Below, piece by piece: positions 37,296 through 47,432 of a stretch of 52,145 nucleotides of DNA. A model generated the notes under the pieces. It saw nothing but the letters and a program-made list of their open reading frames with translations, was not told the DNA's origin and ran no database searches. Source of the stretch: Methanothrix sp. (lineage in GTDB: Archaea > Halobacteriota > Methanosarcinia > Methanotrichales > Methanotrichaceae); contig JAQTYS010000001.1 in the NCBI GenBank assembly GCA_028688175.1, forward strand, positions 1 to 52,145, written 5' to 3'. Both the position numbers and the translations under genes were made by a program. Each line of letters begins with the position of its first letter. Within the stretch, counting starts at the first letter, position 1.

Positions 37296-38000
37296 ATGGC
37301 TCATCATTTTAAAGCCAAAGATGGAAGAACCCTCCCATCAGTCACTAAAGTGATTGGTGATATTCAGGGAGACGATTATCGGTATTGGTATTCATCTCTC
37401 CGCAAAAAGGGGTATGATCCTGACAAGGTATTGACAGATATGGGTAATATAGGCACAATCTGCCATTACCGGGTATTATCAAAACTGTCTCCATCTCCGA
37501 TAGAAATGCCTGATATCCCGATTGCCGAGTATCCTGAAGGAGTGGACAGTTATGCAGAAATCTTTCAGATGCTTTGGGAACAAACAGGATTAACCGTAAA
37601 AAAAGCCACGGTTGAGAGGTTTGAAGTCGACGAGGAGCGCGGTTATTGTGGAACGAGAGATTTGGACGGTCAGTTGTATGGGGAGGTAAAAAATGAAAGA
37701 AACGGAGAGATAATACAGTTAAACGGGTCGCGTGTAATCGGAGACCTTAAAACGAGTAAAGAGGCAAAAGAGAAACATTTCTTACAGTTGGGAGCTTATT
37801 ACCCGTTTGTTAATCCTGTTCCCAGTTATGGCGCTGTGATATGTTTGTGTCCGTATACGAGAGCAGATACTCCATATGGGAACAAAAATAAGAACCTGTT
37901 GCCTAAAGTTTACGTTTTAACAAGGGAGGAATTAATGCAGTATAGAGACAAGTTTTATGTTATGTTGAAGGAATGGTGGTCACGTCATGATCGAAAATAA
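37296..38000 (+). CDS. PD-(D/E)XK exonuclease
   Basis: LPSVT, GTICH, GYCGTRD, IGDLKTS, LQLGAY. Confidence 0.85.
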   Translation: MAHHFKAKDGRTLPSVTKVIGDIQGDDYRYWYSSLRKKGYDPDKVLTDMGNIGTICHYRVLSKLSPSPIEMPDIPIAEYPEGVDSYAEIFQMLWEQTGLTVKKATVERFEVDEERGYCGTRDLDGQLYGEVKNERNGEIIQLNGSRVIGDLKTSKEAKEKHFLQLGAYYPFVNPVPSYGAVICLCPYTRADTPYGNKNKNLLPKVYVLTREELMQYRDKFYVMLKEWWSRHDRK

Positions 38001-38289
38001 ATCTATACCGTTTGAAAATGATGCCCCGATAGAAATTACATGCCCAGATTGCGGTCACGTTTGGGAATCTAAAGCAAAAGGAAGAGTAATACTATGCGGC
38101 ATGTGTGGAAAAAGGATAAAAAACCCAAATAATCCACATGCCGACAAAACGAAACAAAAAAAGTATACGATAGTTTGTAGTGTTTGTAAAAAGGAAATGG
38201 GAACAGATTCAACACGATATAGAATTACATGTTCAAATTGCGGCGCTTGGGTGATTAACGAGAACGCGAAATACAAACCAACGAGATAG
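37987..38289 (+). CDS. Double Zn-ribbon protein
   Basis: Four CxxC motifs in two repeats. Confidence 0.7.
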   Translation: MIENKSIPFENDAPIEITCPDCGHVWESKAKGRVILCGMCGKRIKNPNNPHADKTKQKKYTIVCSVCKKEMGTDSTRYRITCSNCGAWVINENAKYKPTR

Positions 38290-38299
38290 GAAAAATAGA

Positions 38300-40648
38300 A
38301 TGGATAATATGGTTATAGACACTTCTATCTCTAATGGTTTAAGTATTTCCATTCCAGAACAGTTAAGAACCGGTCAGTTTAGATTTATACGGTTAAAACG
38401 CGGAGGAAAAGAACCGGTTGATAAATGGAGTCAGACAGAGAACCAGTTTTGTTATGAAGATCCTGTTTTATTAGATTGGTTAAAAAATGGATGCAATTAC
38501 GGAGTTGTTTGTGTTTCTGGTGATGTTTGCATTGTTGATGCAGACAATTACAGTCGTATTGAGCAATTGGGAGCAGTTGACGATTTTGCGGATACTTTTA
38601 CGGTCAGGACTGGCAGTTCTGATGGCGAGCATTACCATTATTATACTAAATGTTCAGGGATAGGGTCAAAAAAGATACCGTTCTACGATTTAGTAGACGA
38701 TTCAGAACATTTAGGCGAGGTTTATCCTGCTGGGGCATCTGCATATTGCGTGGGTCCTGGATGTCTGCATCCATCAGGGCAACGTTATGTAATCGTTAAT
38801 GATGCTCCGATTAAGAGGGTTAGTGCTGAAGAGTTAGACAAGTCTTTTTTCAGCAAGGTAAAATCTGCACGCATTACCCATCAAAGAATTGACCAATTGA
38901 TGCAGAAGATACCACCACGTGCAAAATTACAGAAAAACTTACTAACTGAACAACTGGGTCTAAAGATTGCCGATTTTGCTATGCCTGTTGGTAACGTGGT
39001 TAAACGCGGAGACGAATACCAGGGTTCTCATCCGGTACACGGGAGCACAACCGGGCAGAACTTTGCTATCAATCTTAAGAAGAACCTCTGGTATTGTTTC
39101 AGGGATAACAGCGGAGGAGACCCATTAACGTTTTTAGCCGTGAAACATGGCCTGATTCGGTGTGATGATGCCGGCAAAGTCGATATTGTAGGAGATTTGT
39201 TTCTTCGCATTAAATCTATTTTATATACAGAATATGGATATGAAGAGAAGATTAGAAAACTTGATGCGGAATACAAAGGAATTGAGGAGATAACCAAACA
39301 GGAACTTATTGAGACTAACCAGAATCAGGGGTTCAAATACGAGCCTATTCTTCCCGATGACCATTTTCTGACGCGCTATGCAGATATCATTTGCGAGATG
39401 ACTGATTCTTACCGGGATTATCAATACGCTGCTGGCATTATGCTTCTATCCATGATGATCCAAAGGAAAGCCTTTCTTTTTCCGACTCATGGAAAGATTT
39501 ACCCTAACGTGTGGAGTTTTCTCCTTGGTGCGTCTTCATACTCAAAAAAGACCACTTCTATCCGATTCGCACGCCATTTCTGTAACGACATTTGCCCGTA
39601 TAACTCAATCGGTAACGATTTGAGTCCTGAACGGTTTGCGCAGGATGTATCAGAAAACAAAAACTGCTGGCAGTTCATCGATGAGGTAAGTTCTCTTCTC
39701 TCGGCAATGAAAAAGAAGAGTTATATGAGCAGTTATCGTGAAATGCTCTGCGCTTTTTACGACGATGAACCCTACAAGATGGGAAGGAGTAAGCGGGGGA
39801 GGCCAAGAAAGGACGGGCAGCAACCTGAACAGAATGAGTGGATTATCAAGGACACGTATATCAACTTGTTTTTTGCCACGACGCCTGATAGTTTTGGAGA
39901 AACCACGGTTCAGAATGATATGACATCTGGTATGTTTTATCGGTTTCTGTTCTTTTACCCGCGATACGATAAGACAATCATGCCGACGACGATGAGAACA
40001 AGAGAACAGGAACTGGCATTAAAGGGGTTACACGACAGACTGTTAAAGATTTGGACGTATTTTGATTCTAACCCGATTGCAATGTTAGAATTTAAATACA
40101 CAGAAGAGGCGCTCAAATATCTCAACGATTGGGAGACGAGGAATACAGACGATAACCACAAAAAAGGAAACAAGATGCGTGAAAGCGCGTTTAGCCGAAT
40201 GTCGATTAATGCGCAGAAATTGGGGATGATATTTGAGATTGGAACAGAGAAGTTTTTCAATTATATTTTCCTCAAGAACTTTACAATGGCAGAGGGAGAA
40301 GAGTATGAGATTGGACTTGATACGTTAAAAGAGACTCTCCGGCAGGTAGACACGTATTTCATGCCTGTTTTTGAGGAGATTGCAACAAAGATATGCCAGA
40401 GTGAAAGTCAAACCATTCAGGAGAAGATCTTAAAGCATTTAGAGGATAATGGCGGTAAACTCCCGGTAAGGTCATTGAGGCAGAAGATACGGGTTAATCG
40501 CCGGTCGGATTGGGATGAGGCGATTCATATGCTGACTGCTGAAGCGCCCGATGGAACGGGAGAAGTTCGACTCGCTTACGTTACAAGCGAAACAACGAAA
40601 AAGAAGACGCAATATGCGATACTAACAAATGGAGGAGACGAAGAATGA
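38300..40648 (+). CDS. Bifunctional primase-polymerase + Zn-binding domain + P-loop helicase-like (DUF3987-type) replication protein
   Basis: K.P...W, NYGV, IVDAD, TVRTGS..H.YY, GPGCLHPSG; HPVHGS...WYCF; GASSYSKKTT, FIDE. Confidence 0.85.
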   Translation: MDNMVIDTSISNGLSISIPEQLRTGQFRFIRLKRGGKEPVDKWSQTENQFCYEDPVLLDWLKNGCNYGVVCVSGDVCIVDADNYSRIEQLGAVDDFADTFTVRTGSSDGEHYHYYTKCSGIGSKKIPFYDLVDDSEHLGEVYPAGASAYCVGPGCLHPSGQRYVIVNDAPIKRVSAEELDKSFFSKVKSARITHQRIDQLMQKIPPRAKLQKNLLTEQLGLKIADFAMPVGNVVKRGDEYQGSHPVHGSTTGQNFAINLKKNLWYCFRDNSGGDPLTFLAVKHGLIRCDDAGKVDIVGDLFLRIKSILYTEYGYEEKIRKLDAEYKGIEEITKQELIETNQNQGFKYEPILPDDHFLTRYADIICEMTDSYRDYQYAAGIMLLSMMIQRKAFLFPTHGKIYPNVWSFLLGASSYSKKTTSIRFARHFCNDICPYNSIGNDLSPERFAQDVSENKNCWQFIDEVSSLLSAMKKKSYMSSYREMLCAFYDDEPYKMGRSKRGRPRKDGQQPEQNEWIIKDTYINLFFATTPDSFGETTVQNDMTSGMFYRFLFFYPRYDKTIMPTTMRTREQELALKGLHDRLLKIWTYFDSNPIAMLEFKYTEEALKYLNDWETRNTDDNHKKGNKMRESAFSRMSINAQKLGMIFEIGTEKFFNYIFLKNFTMAEGEEYEIGLDTLKETLRQVDTYFMPVFEEIATKICQSESQTIQEKILKHLEDNGGKLPVRSLRQKIRVNRRSDWDEAIHMLTAEAPDGTGEVRLAYVTSETTKKKTQYAILTNGGDEE

Positions 40649-40881
40649 GAAAAGATCAAGTTAAAGAAGAGATTGAACCATTAGACGCATGTATAACGTG
40701 CGGATTGTTTGGAGAAGATGTAAGGGGCAACTACTGCAAAGGAGATTGTTCTCCGGTTGGAGGGGTTGTGTATCTTGGCGGGCCGAAATTTATCAAGTTT
40801 ATGTATCGTGTTATTGAAGATGTTGATGTAAACACGCAGAAACCCGATTGGTGCCCTGCAAATAAGGGGAACACGGAATGA
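40645..40881 (+). CDS. Small Cys-rich protein
   Basis: CITC...YC...PDWCP. Confidence 0.6.
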   Translation: MRKDQVKEEIEPLDACITCGLFGEDVRGNYCKGDCSPVGGVVYLGGPKFIKFMYRVIEDVDVNTQKPDWCPANKGNTE

Positions 40882-40994
40882 GAACAGAAGAAGAGATAAG
40901 AAAAAGATTGAGTATTAGAGAGGGGTTTGATGATAATTCATCTGTTATATACGCGCTAATACAGGAGTTAAAATGGGTGCTGGGGGAAGATTAG
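40878..40994 (+). CDS. Small hypothetical protein (38 aa, not in ORF track)
   Basis: MRTEEEIRKR...LKWVLGED, a common viral microprotein pattern. Confidence 0.5.
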   Translation: MRTEEEIRKRLSIREGFDDNSSVIYALIQELKWVLGED

Positions 40995-40995
40995 A

Positions 40996-43053
40996 ATGAG
41001 ACAAATAGCAGAGGATGTATTGAGAGCCAGATATTATCAACCTGGGGAAAGGGGATGGTATGATATAGCGGGGAGAGTGTCGGCATTTATAGCAAAAGAT
41101 ACCGAATCCGCGACTGCATATTTCGAGGCCATGAACAGTCTCGAACTCATCCCTAACTCACCTGCTCTGATGAATGCGGGAACGGAAAAGGGAGGATCTC
41201 TTTCTGCCTGTTATGCGGTTCCCGTTTATGACAGCATTGAGGATATTTTTGATGCTGTTAAAGCGTGCGCACTTATCCATAAACAAGGAGGAGGAACGGG
41301 ATTATCATTGTCGCGGCTTCGCCCGAAAGGATCAGATGTAAAAGGAACCGGAAAAATATCTTCAGGCCCCGTCAGTTTTATGCATGTGTTCAATGCTGCC
41401 ACGGAGACGATAAAGCAAGGCGGGAAGCGCAGAGGGGCTAACCTCGGATCGCTTGATGTGCATCATCCGGATATTAAAGAGTTCATTACATGCAAATCAA
41501 AAGAAGGGGAACTCTCCAATTTTAACATCAGCGTCATTGTTGATGATGAATTTATGAAGAACCCGGATCCTGAAGTATGGGATTTGATTGTTGAAGGAAA
41601 CTGGAAGAACGGAGAACCCGGAATACTGTTCAAAGATGCCAGGGAACGGGATAACAAACGGCCTGATTTGGGGGAATTATCGGAAACAAATCCATGCGGA
41701 GAAACAGCCTTATTCCCGTGGGAATCGTGCAACCTTGCGTCTATCAACCTGATGAAATGCGTTATTAATGACAAGTTCGATTATGAGAAGTTTTATTCCC
41801 TCGTCAGATTAGGCGTTCAATTTCTCAACGATATGTTAGACAAGAATAGATATCCGCTTCCACAAATCGAAGAGGCAACGAAGAAGACCCGGAAGATAGG
41901 ATTGGGAGTTATGGGATTCGCTGACGTTCTAATTGCTCTTGGCATGAGATATGGAGACGACGAAAGCCTACAGTTCGCGAACGATTTGTTCGGTAATATG
42001 CGACAAGTGGCAGAACATGAATCGGCGTTAATCGGCGGGAATAACGCGGCATTACTTTCTATAGCTCCGACGGGATCAATATCCCTATTTGCCGGGGTTA
42101 GTTCTGGGATTGAACCTAATTTCGGGTATGTTTATGATAGAACGACTCATGCAAGCGGTGAAAAAGTAAAATACCGCGAAATTCATCCGATGTTTGAAGC
42201 AGAACTAAATAAAGACGCGGAAGAATGGATGATGCAATATGGGACTCTGAACGGATGCGGTTCTGTATCTGATTTGATGAAGGATCTCTTTGTAACCGCA
42301 AAAGACATCAAACCTCGTGACCACGTCAGAATGCAGGCAGTTATTCAGAAACATGTAGATCAAGCATTGAGTAAAACCCTGAATTGCCCGACTGAAACCA
42401 CCAAAGAAGAGATATCTAACCTGATACAGTTCGCATGGCGTGAAGGATGCAAAGGGCTGACAATCTATAGGGAAGGAAGCCGGTCAGATGTTGTCCTTGA
42501 AACTAACGCGGCAAAACCGAAAGAAGAGGTAAAGGAGAAAGAGAAAGAACCCATCGAAATACCAAGCGAAATAGACCTTAAATCTATCCGGATGAATAGC
42601 GCTTGTGGAGTGCTTTGGGTAAAAACCGGGTTCTTACATGGAAGCGCCACCCCTGTTGAGGTATGGATAGACGCTGAAAAAGGCGGGTGCCGGGCAAATC
42701 TTGAATTTATCGCCCGTCTAATCTCTAAACTGTTACAGGAAGGTGTATCTCATGAAGTTGCTTGTAAACAGGGGGATAAAGTGTTCTGTCCTGCTTGCGT
42801 AAATAATGCAAAAGGTGAGGCAGAAGGATATTCCTGCGCTAACCTGATAAGTAAAGGTATAAAGGAAGGAATAAAGAGACGGGAAGAGGATTTGAAGAAC
42901 GCTGATATTGATTATGCAAAAGGCATAATAAAGGTGTGGAACGATGAAGCAAAGAAAGAATTGAATGATAATATGTGCCCCGATTGCGGTGCCCAATTGA
43001 TACACATCGAAGGATGCAAGTCCTGCCAATGTGGCTACAGCCGTTGTAAGTAA
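40996..43053 (+). CDS. nrdJ: Class II (B12-dependent) ribonucleotide reductase with C-terminal TSCPD-like domain and Zn ribbon
   Basis: [47 protein letters not shown]...EGCKSC.CGYSRC. Confidence 0.95.
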   Translation: MRQIAEDVLRARYYQPGERGWYDIAGRVSAFIAKDTESATAYFEAMNSLELIPNSPALMNAGTEKGGSLSACYAVPVYDSIEDIFDAVKACALIHKQGGGTGLSLSRLRPKGSDVKGTGKISSGPVSFMHVFNAATETIKQGGKRRGANLGSLDVHHPDIKEFITCKSKEGELSNFNISVIVDDEFMKNPDPEVWDLIVEGNWKNGEPGILFKDARERDNKRPDLGELSETNPCGETALFPWESCNLASINLMKCVINDKFDYEKFYSLVRLGVQFLNDMLDKNRYPLPQIEEATKKTRKIGLGVMGFADVLIALGMRYGDDESLQFANDLFGNMRQVAEHESALIGGNNAALLSIAPTGSISLFAGVSSGIEPNFGYVYDRTTHASGEKVKYREIHPMFEAELNKDAEEWMMQYGTLNGCGSVSDLMKDLFVTAKDIKPRDHVRMQAVIQKHVDQALSKTLNCPTETTKEEISNLIQFAWREGCKGLTIYREGSRSDVVLETNAAKPKEEVKEKEKEPIEIPSEIDLKSIRMNSACGVLWVKTGFLHGSATPVEVWIDAEKGGCRANLEFIARLISKLLQEGVSHEVACKQGDKVFCPACVNNAKGEAEGYSCANLISKGIKEGIKRREEDLKNADIDYAKGIIKVWNDEAKKELNDNMCPDCGAQLIHIEGCKSCQCGYSRCK

Positions 43054-43075
43054 CTATTATCTCCTTTTTTACAAC

Positions 43076-43099
43076 AGTTAAAACTAACCAGTTTTAATT
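43076..43099. repeat. Inverted repeat with AACC loop after nrdJ T-tract
   Basis: ttaaaact-aacc-agttttaa. Confidence 0.7.
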
Positions 43100-43252
43100 T
43101 TAAGAAAAGAGCGGAACCGTGCTTATTCACCGCAAAATGATCAGCACGGACCCTATTATACATCAATATGTTGTATTCACCAGATAATAAAGATATCGGT
43201 ATAACTACTATTTGGGAATATTATTATCTCCTTTTAACCTCTATTTTTATGC

Positions 43253-43438
43253 ATGTCAGGATACGATGACGAAACTCCGTATGATCGGGAGTCTAAACGG
43301 CTTGAAGAGGATCTCGCAACTGCACAACCAAGTGCGTTCAACCGGTTTAAGGTAAATGTAAGCAATCTGGTCTATAAATGCACGTTTGGCAAGGTAGGAA
43401 CTCCGAAAACTCCATGCTGCCCGTATAGCAAGCAGTGA
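43253..43438 (+). CDS. Small hypothetical protein
   Basis: First ORF of the 43253-45043 block. Confidence 0.55.
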   Translation: MSGYDDETPYDRESKRLEEDLATAQPSAFNRFKVNVSNLVYKCTFGKVGTPKTPCCPYSKQ

Positions 43439-43446
43439 GGGAATAA

Positions 43447-44241
43447 ATGAAACTATTAACGCTTCTATTTTGTTTGTTTTTGATAATCTCTGTAAATGCG
43501 AGTCATTCCACGCTAACCACTAATATCAGTGGTTCAACTGGAGGCGCGCTAATTGCACATTCGAGCCACGATACCGAGTCAAGTGGTGCATCGTTAGGGT
43601 TTATCACTGGGAATGAGAACTGGCAGCAGACCACGGCAGGATCTCACATTGTAACGCTTGGAGATGCTCAATATCGTGAAACAACCAAGATAAACAACCA
43701 GTATAGGAACACATACGATATAAACAACGAGTTGCTGTATAACGGAGGAGCGGCAGTAGGGAACCAGTATACAATGACTGACGTTAAAGCCTACATTCCA
43801 GAATTAGAATGCACTGCTGGGAGTATGCCGACTGCTGACAGTTACGCCGGGCCGAATGGAACGCAGATATCAGACGGTCAGAACCCAAGCCATCAGTCAG
43901 TAGGCGTTCAGTATTCCGGGACTATGGCAGGAGGTGGACGGTATAAGACGGGTGGAGTAGTTGATGATTCTAACCTAACCACGATGTTACGCGCAGAAGG
44001 AGCGTATGGCGGGGTGAGCGCTGACTATTATGATGTTGTAGAGGCAGGGTTTAACAACTCGGCTCCGGAGATGAACTTCCGCAAATCAGATTACGGCCAT
44101 TACTCGGCGTATTCTCTCAACGAATCAGGGTATTATTTACCGTTTGATTTAGAACATAAGGATTATTCTAACCCGTTTGAAACTACTACAAACGTATCGT
44201 TTGGTAACGCGACAAACAAAACGGTAAACCAAACTGAATGA
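43447..44241 (+). CDS. Secreted (signal peptide) putative glycoprotein
   Basis: MKLLTLLFCLFLIISVNA signal; about 10 N-x-S/T sequons. Confidence 0.75.
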   Translation: MKLLTLLFCLFLIISVNASHSTLTTNISGSTGGALIAHSSHDTESSGASLGFITGNENWQQTTAGSHIVTLGDAQYRETTKINNQYRNTYDINNELLYNGGAAVGNQYTMTDVKAYIPELECTAGSMPTADSYAGPNGTQISDGQNPSHQSVGVQYSGTMAGGGRYKTGGVVDDSNLTTMLRAEGAYGGVSADYYDVVEAGFNNSAPEMNFRKSDYGHYSAYSLNESGYYLPFDLEHKDYSNPFETTTNVSFGNATNKTVNQTE

Positions 44242-44279
44242 TAATCCTTATCTTTTTTGACTTCTAATATGGTATTGCG

Positions 44280-44585
44280 ATGATTGATGCATCAATTATA
44301 GAGCCGTTTATTGCGGCTGCTGGAGTTGGATTGTCGTATTCGTGGTATAACTACCGCGCTAACATACTCGATCCAACTAAAGAAACGCCTGAAAAGTTCG
44401 AATGGACAAAAGCAGCGTCTACAACCGTTTTGGCTGTAATTATCTGCGTGGTGTTTCAAGCGCTTGGAGCAACGCTGGATATTGCAGGGGTAGAAACGTA
44501 TATCGGCGTATTTGCTGGATTATCAACAGGAACGATTGAACCCGGTATAAAAGCCGTGATTCGATATCTTCAAGACATGAGGTAA
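44280..44585 (+). CDS. Holin-like membrane protein (3 TM)
   Basis: Three hydrophobic segments, E.FEWTKA..T loop, charged C-terminus. Confidence 0.55.
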   Translation: MIDASIIEPFIAAAGVGLSYSWYNYRANILDPTKETPEKFEWTKAASTTVLAVIICVVFQALGATLDIAGVETYIGVFAGLSTGTIEPGIKAVIRYLQDMR

Positions 44586-44590
44586 GAAAA

Positions 44591-45043
44591 ATGAAAAACT
44601 TTGAAGTTTTAGGTATTGCACTGAAAAACAGAGACATAGTAGAGAAAGGGCCAAAACCGAAACTTGAAACGACCACGGCAGAACTTGCAGGACAAACGAA
44701 TGGAAAACTGTTTGTTGCCATTAAGGATAACAATCCTAATATCCCCAATGCCCTGGCACTCAAAGTAAATGGATTTGGGTTTGCCATTCGGGAGAACGAA
44801 TCCTGGATGCAGACAAACACCGCACAACCTGACAAAAAGGGGGTATCTACTCTTGCGTTTGATTTCCCGATGCGACTGGTAGACGGAGTCAAAAAACCAG
44901 CAACGTATAAAATCCAGTTTATCAAGGGATACATCGAAAACGAGCAGTTTGTAGAGGATGGAACGTTTAACGAGTATACTCTGACTATTACACAGGATGA
45001 GCTTCCTACTCCGGTTTATGACCCTATAACAGACAGGGACTGA
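44591..45043 (+). CDS. Hypothetical beta-rich protein
   Basis: GAGGT RBS; follows holin-like gene. Confidence 0.6.
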   Translation: MKNFEVLGIALKNRDIVEKGPKPKLETTTAELAGQTNGKLFVAIKDNNPNIPNALALKVNGFGFAIRENESWMQTNTAQPDKKGVSTLAFDFPMRLVDGVKKPATYKIQFIKGYIENEQFVEDGTFNEYTLTITQDELPTPVYDPITDRD

Positions 45044-45054
45044 ACTAACTATTT

Positions 45055-45098
45055 TTTATATTCTGACGTATAATATGTTATAGTAAGTAGGTGAGAGA
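45055..45098 (+). promoter_or_regulatory. Promoter + GGTGA RBS
   Basis: TTTATAT...TAATATGTTATAG...GGTGAGAGA. Confidence 0.7.
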
Positions 45099-45101
45099 AG
45101 A

Positions 45102-45539
45102 ATGGTAAAAGCGAGATTTAGTAATAAGATGCTGAACGACCTTGCAGAATCATATAGGTCACGAATAAAGAGAGAACGCGATTCCGAAGAGTGTCATTTT
45201 AAGAGTGAGAAATCTTTACTGCGAGATGTGAAACAGGCAGAAATGATAGAATCGATGAGATCTGCTATAATTGCATCAGGGGCTGAATATGTGTCAGTTA
45301 CATCGTGCTCATCGTATACGAGTGAAATCAGGCTCTCGATTATCATCAAACACGAGAATCTATCAGAAAAAATGTCTGATGTTGTAGATATTGATAACAA
45401 GCGCCGGGAATCATGCAAGAAACACAAACAGATGCTTCAAGATCTCGATGATTGGGTTATCAAATGTATTGAGTCACAGGAGATTACTCCGTTTACGAAT
45501 GTTCCTGATATAGAACACTCATCTATTGAGTGCTTCTAA
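45102..45539 (+). CDS. Hypothetical protein
   Basis: Behind promoter and RBS. Confidence 0.65.
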   Translation: MVKARFSNKMLNDLAESYRSRIKRERDSEECHFKSEKSLLRDVKQAEMIESMRSAIIASGAEYVSVTSCSSYTSEIRLSIIIKHENLSEKMSDVVDIDNKRRESCKKHKQMLQDLDDWVIKCIESQEITPFTNVPDIEHSSIECF

Positions 45540-45559
45540 TTTTTTTGGGGTGAGATAGG

Positions 45560-45901
45560 ATGGACATAAACCCACTTAAGCGGATTTACGAGAACAACCA
45601 GCGGATCGAAAAACTGAAAGATGAGATCAAAGAAATCGAAGCAGAGTCTCAAAAGTGCCTCGACTATGCAATGGTCAAGAAGATTGTCAATGTCGATAAC
45701 TTTGTTCTACGGACGTCCGTATCAAAACGTAGAGAGCCTATCTCAAGTAAGGTGGTAGAATCTCTCGGCTCTGAAAAGGCTCTGGAGATTGCAAGTTTCA
45801 AAGTTGGGGCACTTCAGAAGATCATGGGGGAAGACGACGTTGATAAACTCTGCAAAGTGAAAGAAACTGTCACAAGGTTTGTGGAGATGGTTAATGAGTA
45901 A
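45560..45901 (+). CDS. Hypothetical coiled-coil protein
   Basis: GGTGA RBS. Confidence 0.65.
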   Translation: MDINPLKRIYENNQRIEKLKDEIKEIEAESQKCLDYAMVKKIVNVDNFVLRTSVSKRREPISSKVVESLGSEKALEIASFKVGALQKIMGEDDVDKLCKVKETVTRFVEMVNE

Positions 45902-46265
45902 CTTTCATACTGGTTCTCGATTTGTAGTTGTGGCTCATCCTGAAGGGAAGATGAGCAAAGAAGATATTATCCGGACGTATACCGGAGTTATTGCCCAGAT
46001 GGATCATAACCAGCAATACCGGGTAGATGAGGATATAAAAAAACTGAATGAGCTTGGAGACGGAACGTATTTCCTCTGTATCCGGCAGAGAACCGGGGCT
46101 CAATCCGAATATGCGTCGGTTGTCCTGTCAGAATACGGGATACGCGGGCGTTCTGATATTGCGTGGCAGTCAGACTTTATCATCTGGGATCAGAATGTTG
46201 CCAAGGCAACGGCAGATTTTATCGTTGCTGGTGGGTTTATGGGCGAGAAAAAAGAGGTTACTTAA
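45894..46265 (+). CDS. Hypothetical protein
   Basis: ATG 45894 overlapping previous stop. Confidence 0.55.
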   Translation: MSNFHTGSRFVVVAHPEGKMSKEDIIRTYTGVIAQMDHNQQYRVDEDIKKLNELGDGTYFLCIRQRTGAQSEYASVVLSEYGIRGRSDIAWQSDFIIWDQNVAKATADFIVAGGFMGEKKEVT

Positions 46266-46452
46266 TGTCTACAGCCTTGATTGTCTTTCGCCCGGCATGT
46301 TTGGCCATTTTATCGGCTTTGATAGCCTCGTTCTGGATAAACTCACCTGCAAGTTGGACGAATTTCTCAACTGCGTCTGCACCGATTGAAGAACCGGTAG
46401 CATCAAATGCAATACGTTTTACTGCTGCTTTTGGTAAAAACTCTGGTGCCAT
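46258..46452 (-). CDS. Archaeal histone (HMf family), C-terminally shortened
   Basis: LPKAAVKRI...A...HAGRKTIKAVDI histone-fold signature. Confidence 0.92.
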   Translation of the reverse strand: MAPEFLPKAAVKRIAFDATGSSIGADAVEKFVQLAGEFIQNEAIKADKMAKHAGRKTIKAVDIK

Positions 46453-46487
46453 AGTATAGAATTTGAATCGGAGAGTATTTAAGAGTT

Positions 46488-47027
46488 ATGATGTTAAACG
46501 ATAGACAAATCAAACACGAATGCGAAAATGGAATCGTAGAGCCATACACCCCTGCAAACGTAGGGCCGTGTTCTTTGGATTTAACGCTTGGTAAGAACAT
46601 TGCATATTATCAAGGTAACACGGCAATAGACCCAGCAATTCACAGCACGTATAACCTCAAAAACGAGAACATGCCTAAAACCGGGTATGTTCTTCAGCCT
46701 GGGGAATTCATTCTCGCTGAAACTGTTGAAAAGGTTACACTTCCCCGATACTTGGCGGGTAAAGTAGATGGGCGCTCGTCAATTGGGAGGTTAGGAATAG
46801 CGGTTCATATTACAGCCGGGTTCATCGATGCTGGATTTTCAGGGACAATTACACTTGAGATTCATAACGTAAACAGTCGCCCGGTAATATTGAGGCCTGG
46901 TATGATTATTGCGCAGATGTGTTTCTTCGAGATAGAACCATGTGAGCGGGATTATCAAGAAAAAGGAGGACGATACCAGAATGAAAGAGGAGCGACAGGG
47001 AGCCGGTATTACCAGGTGGTGAAGTAG
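46488..47027 (+). CDS. dcd: dCTP deaminase
   Basis: SLDLTLG, GRSSIGRLG, TAGFIDAGFSGTITLE, IAQM.F, RYQ. Confidence 0.93.
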   Translation: MMLNDRQIKHECENGIVEPYTPANVGPCSLDLTLGKNIAYYQGNTAIDPAIHSTYNLKNENMPKTGYVLQPGEFILAETVEKVTLPRYLAGKVDGRSSIGRLGIAVHITAGFIDAGFSGTITLEIHNVNSRPVILRPGMIIAQMCFFEIEPCERDYQEKGGRYQNERGATGSRYYQVVK

Positions 47028-47051
47028 AGATGAAGAAAATGGAGGCTGGGA

Positions 47052-47432
47052 ATGACTGACCAGCCGGAACGAATAGTATTTAACATCGACAATTTCAAAA
47101 ATTGTCCTATTTGCGGAACGAAAATAGATGCATCTATTAAAGGGGGATTGTATAAATCTGGATGGGTTTCTACCAGTGACTCCGCAGAAATACAATTATT
47201 TTGTCCCAAATGCGGAATAAAAAGTATCCCATTTGACTTTACACAGGAAGGAATAAAATCAGCAATCACCGCATGGAACAGCCGGGTTGAACCTATCGGA
47301 AATTCCGAAGAGTTGCCCGAATGGATGAGGAAAGCGATTGAGACGGAAATAGAAATACAACTTTCTGAATGCGGGTTGAAAGCGGAGGCTTTGTATTGGG
47401 TTCTCTCCCTGAAGAAACCGGAGGAAGAATGA
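47052..47432 (+). CDS. Lar-like (restriction alleviation family) Zn-finger protein
   Basis: KNCPICG...CPKCG...AITAWNSR. Confidence 0.7.
   Translation: MTDQPERIVFNIDNFKNCPICGTKIDASIKGGLYKSGWVSTSDSAEIQLFCPKCGIKSIPFDFTQEGIKSAITAWNSRVEPIGNSEELPEWMRKAIETEIEIQLSECGLKAEALYWVLSLKKPEEE

Noticed and set aside
37296-38000. Cas4/CRISPR-associated nuclease
   Set aside because: Lacks the C-terminal Cys cluster for Fe-S binding and there is no cas context; an ordinary viral PD-(D/E)XK exonuclease
5090-43053. Inteins or introns in TerL, helicases, primase or NrdJ
   Set aside because: Protein lengths are normal and no C...HN splice or LAGLIDADG motifs are visible
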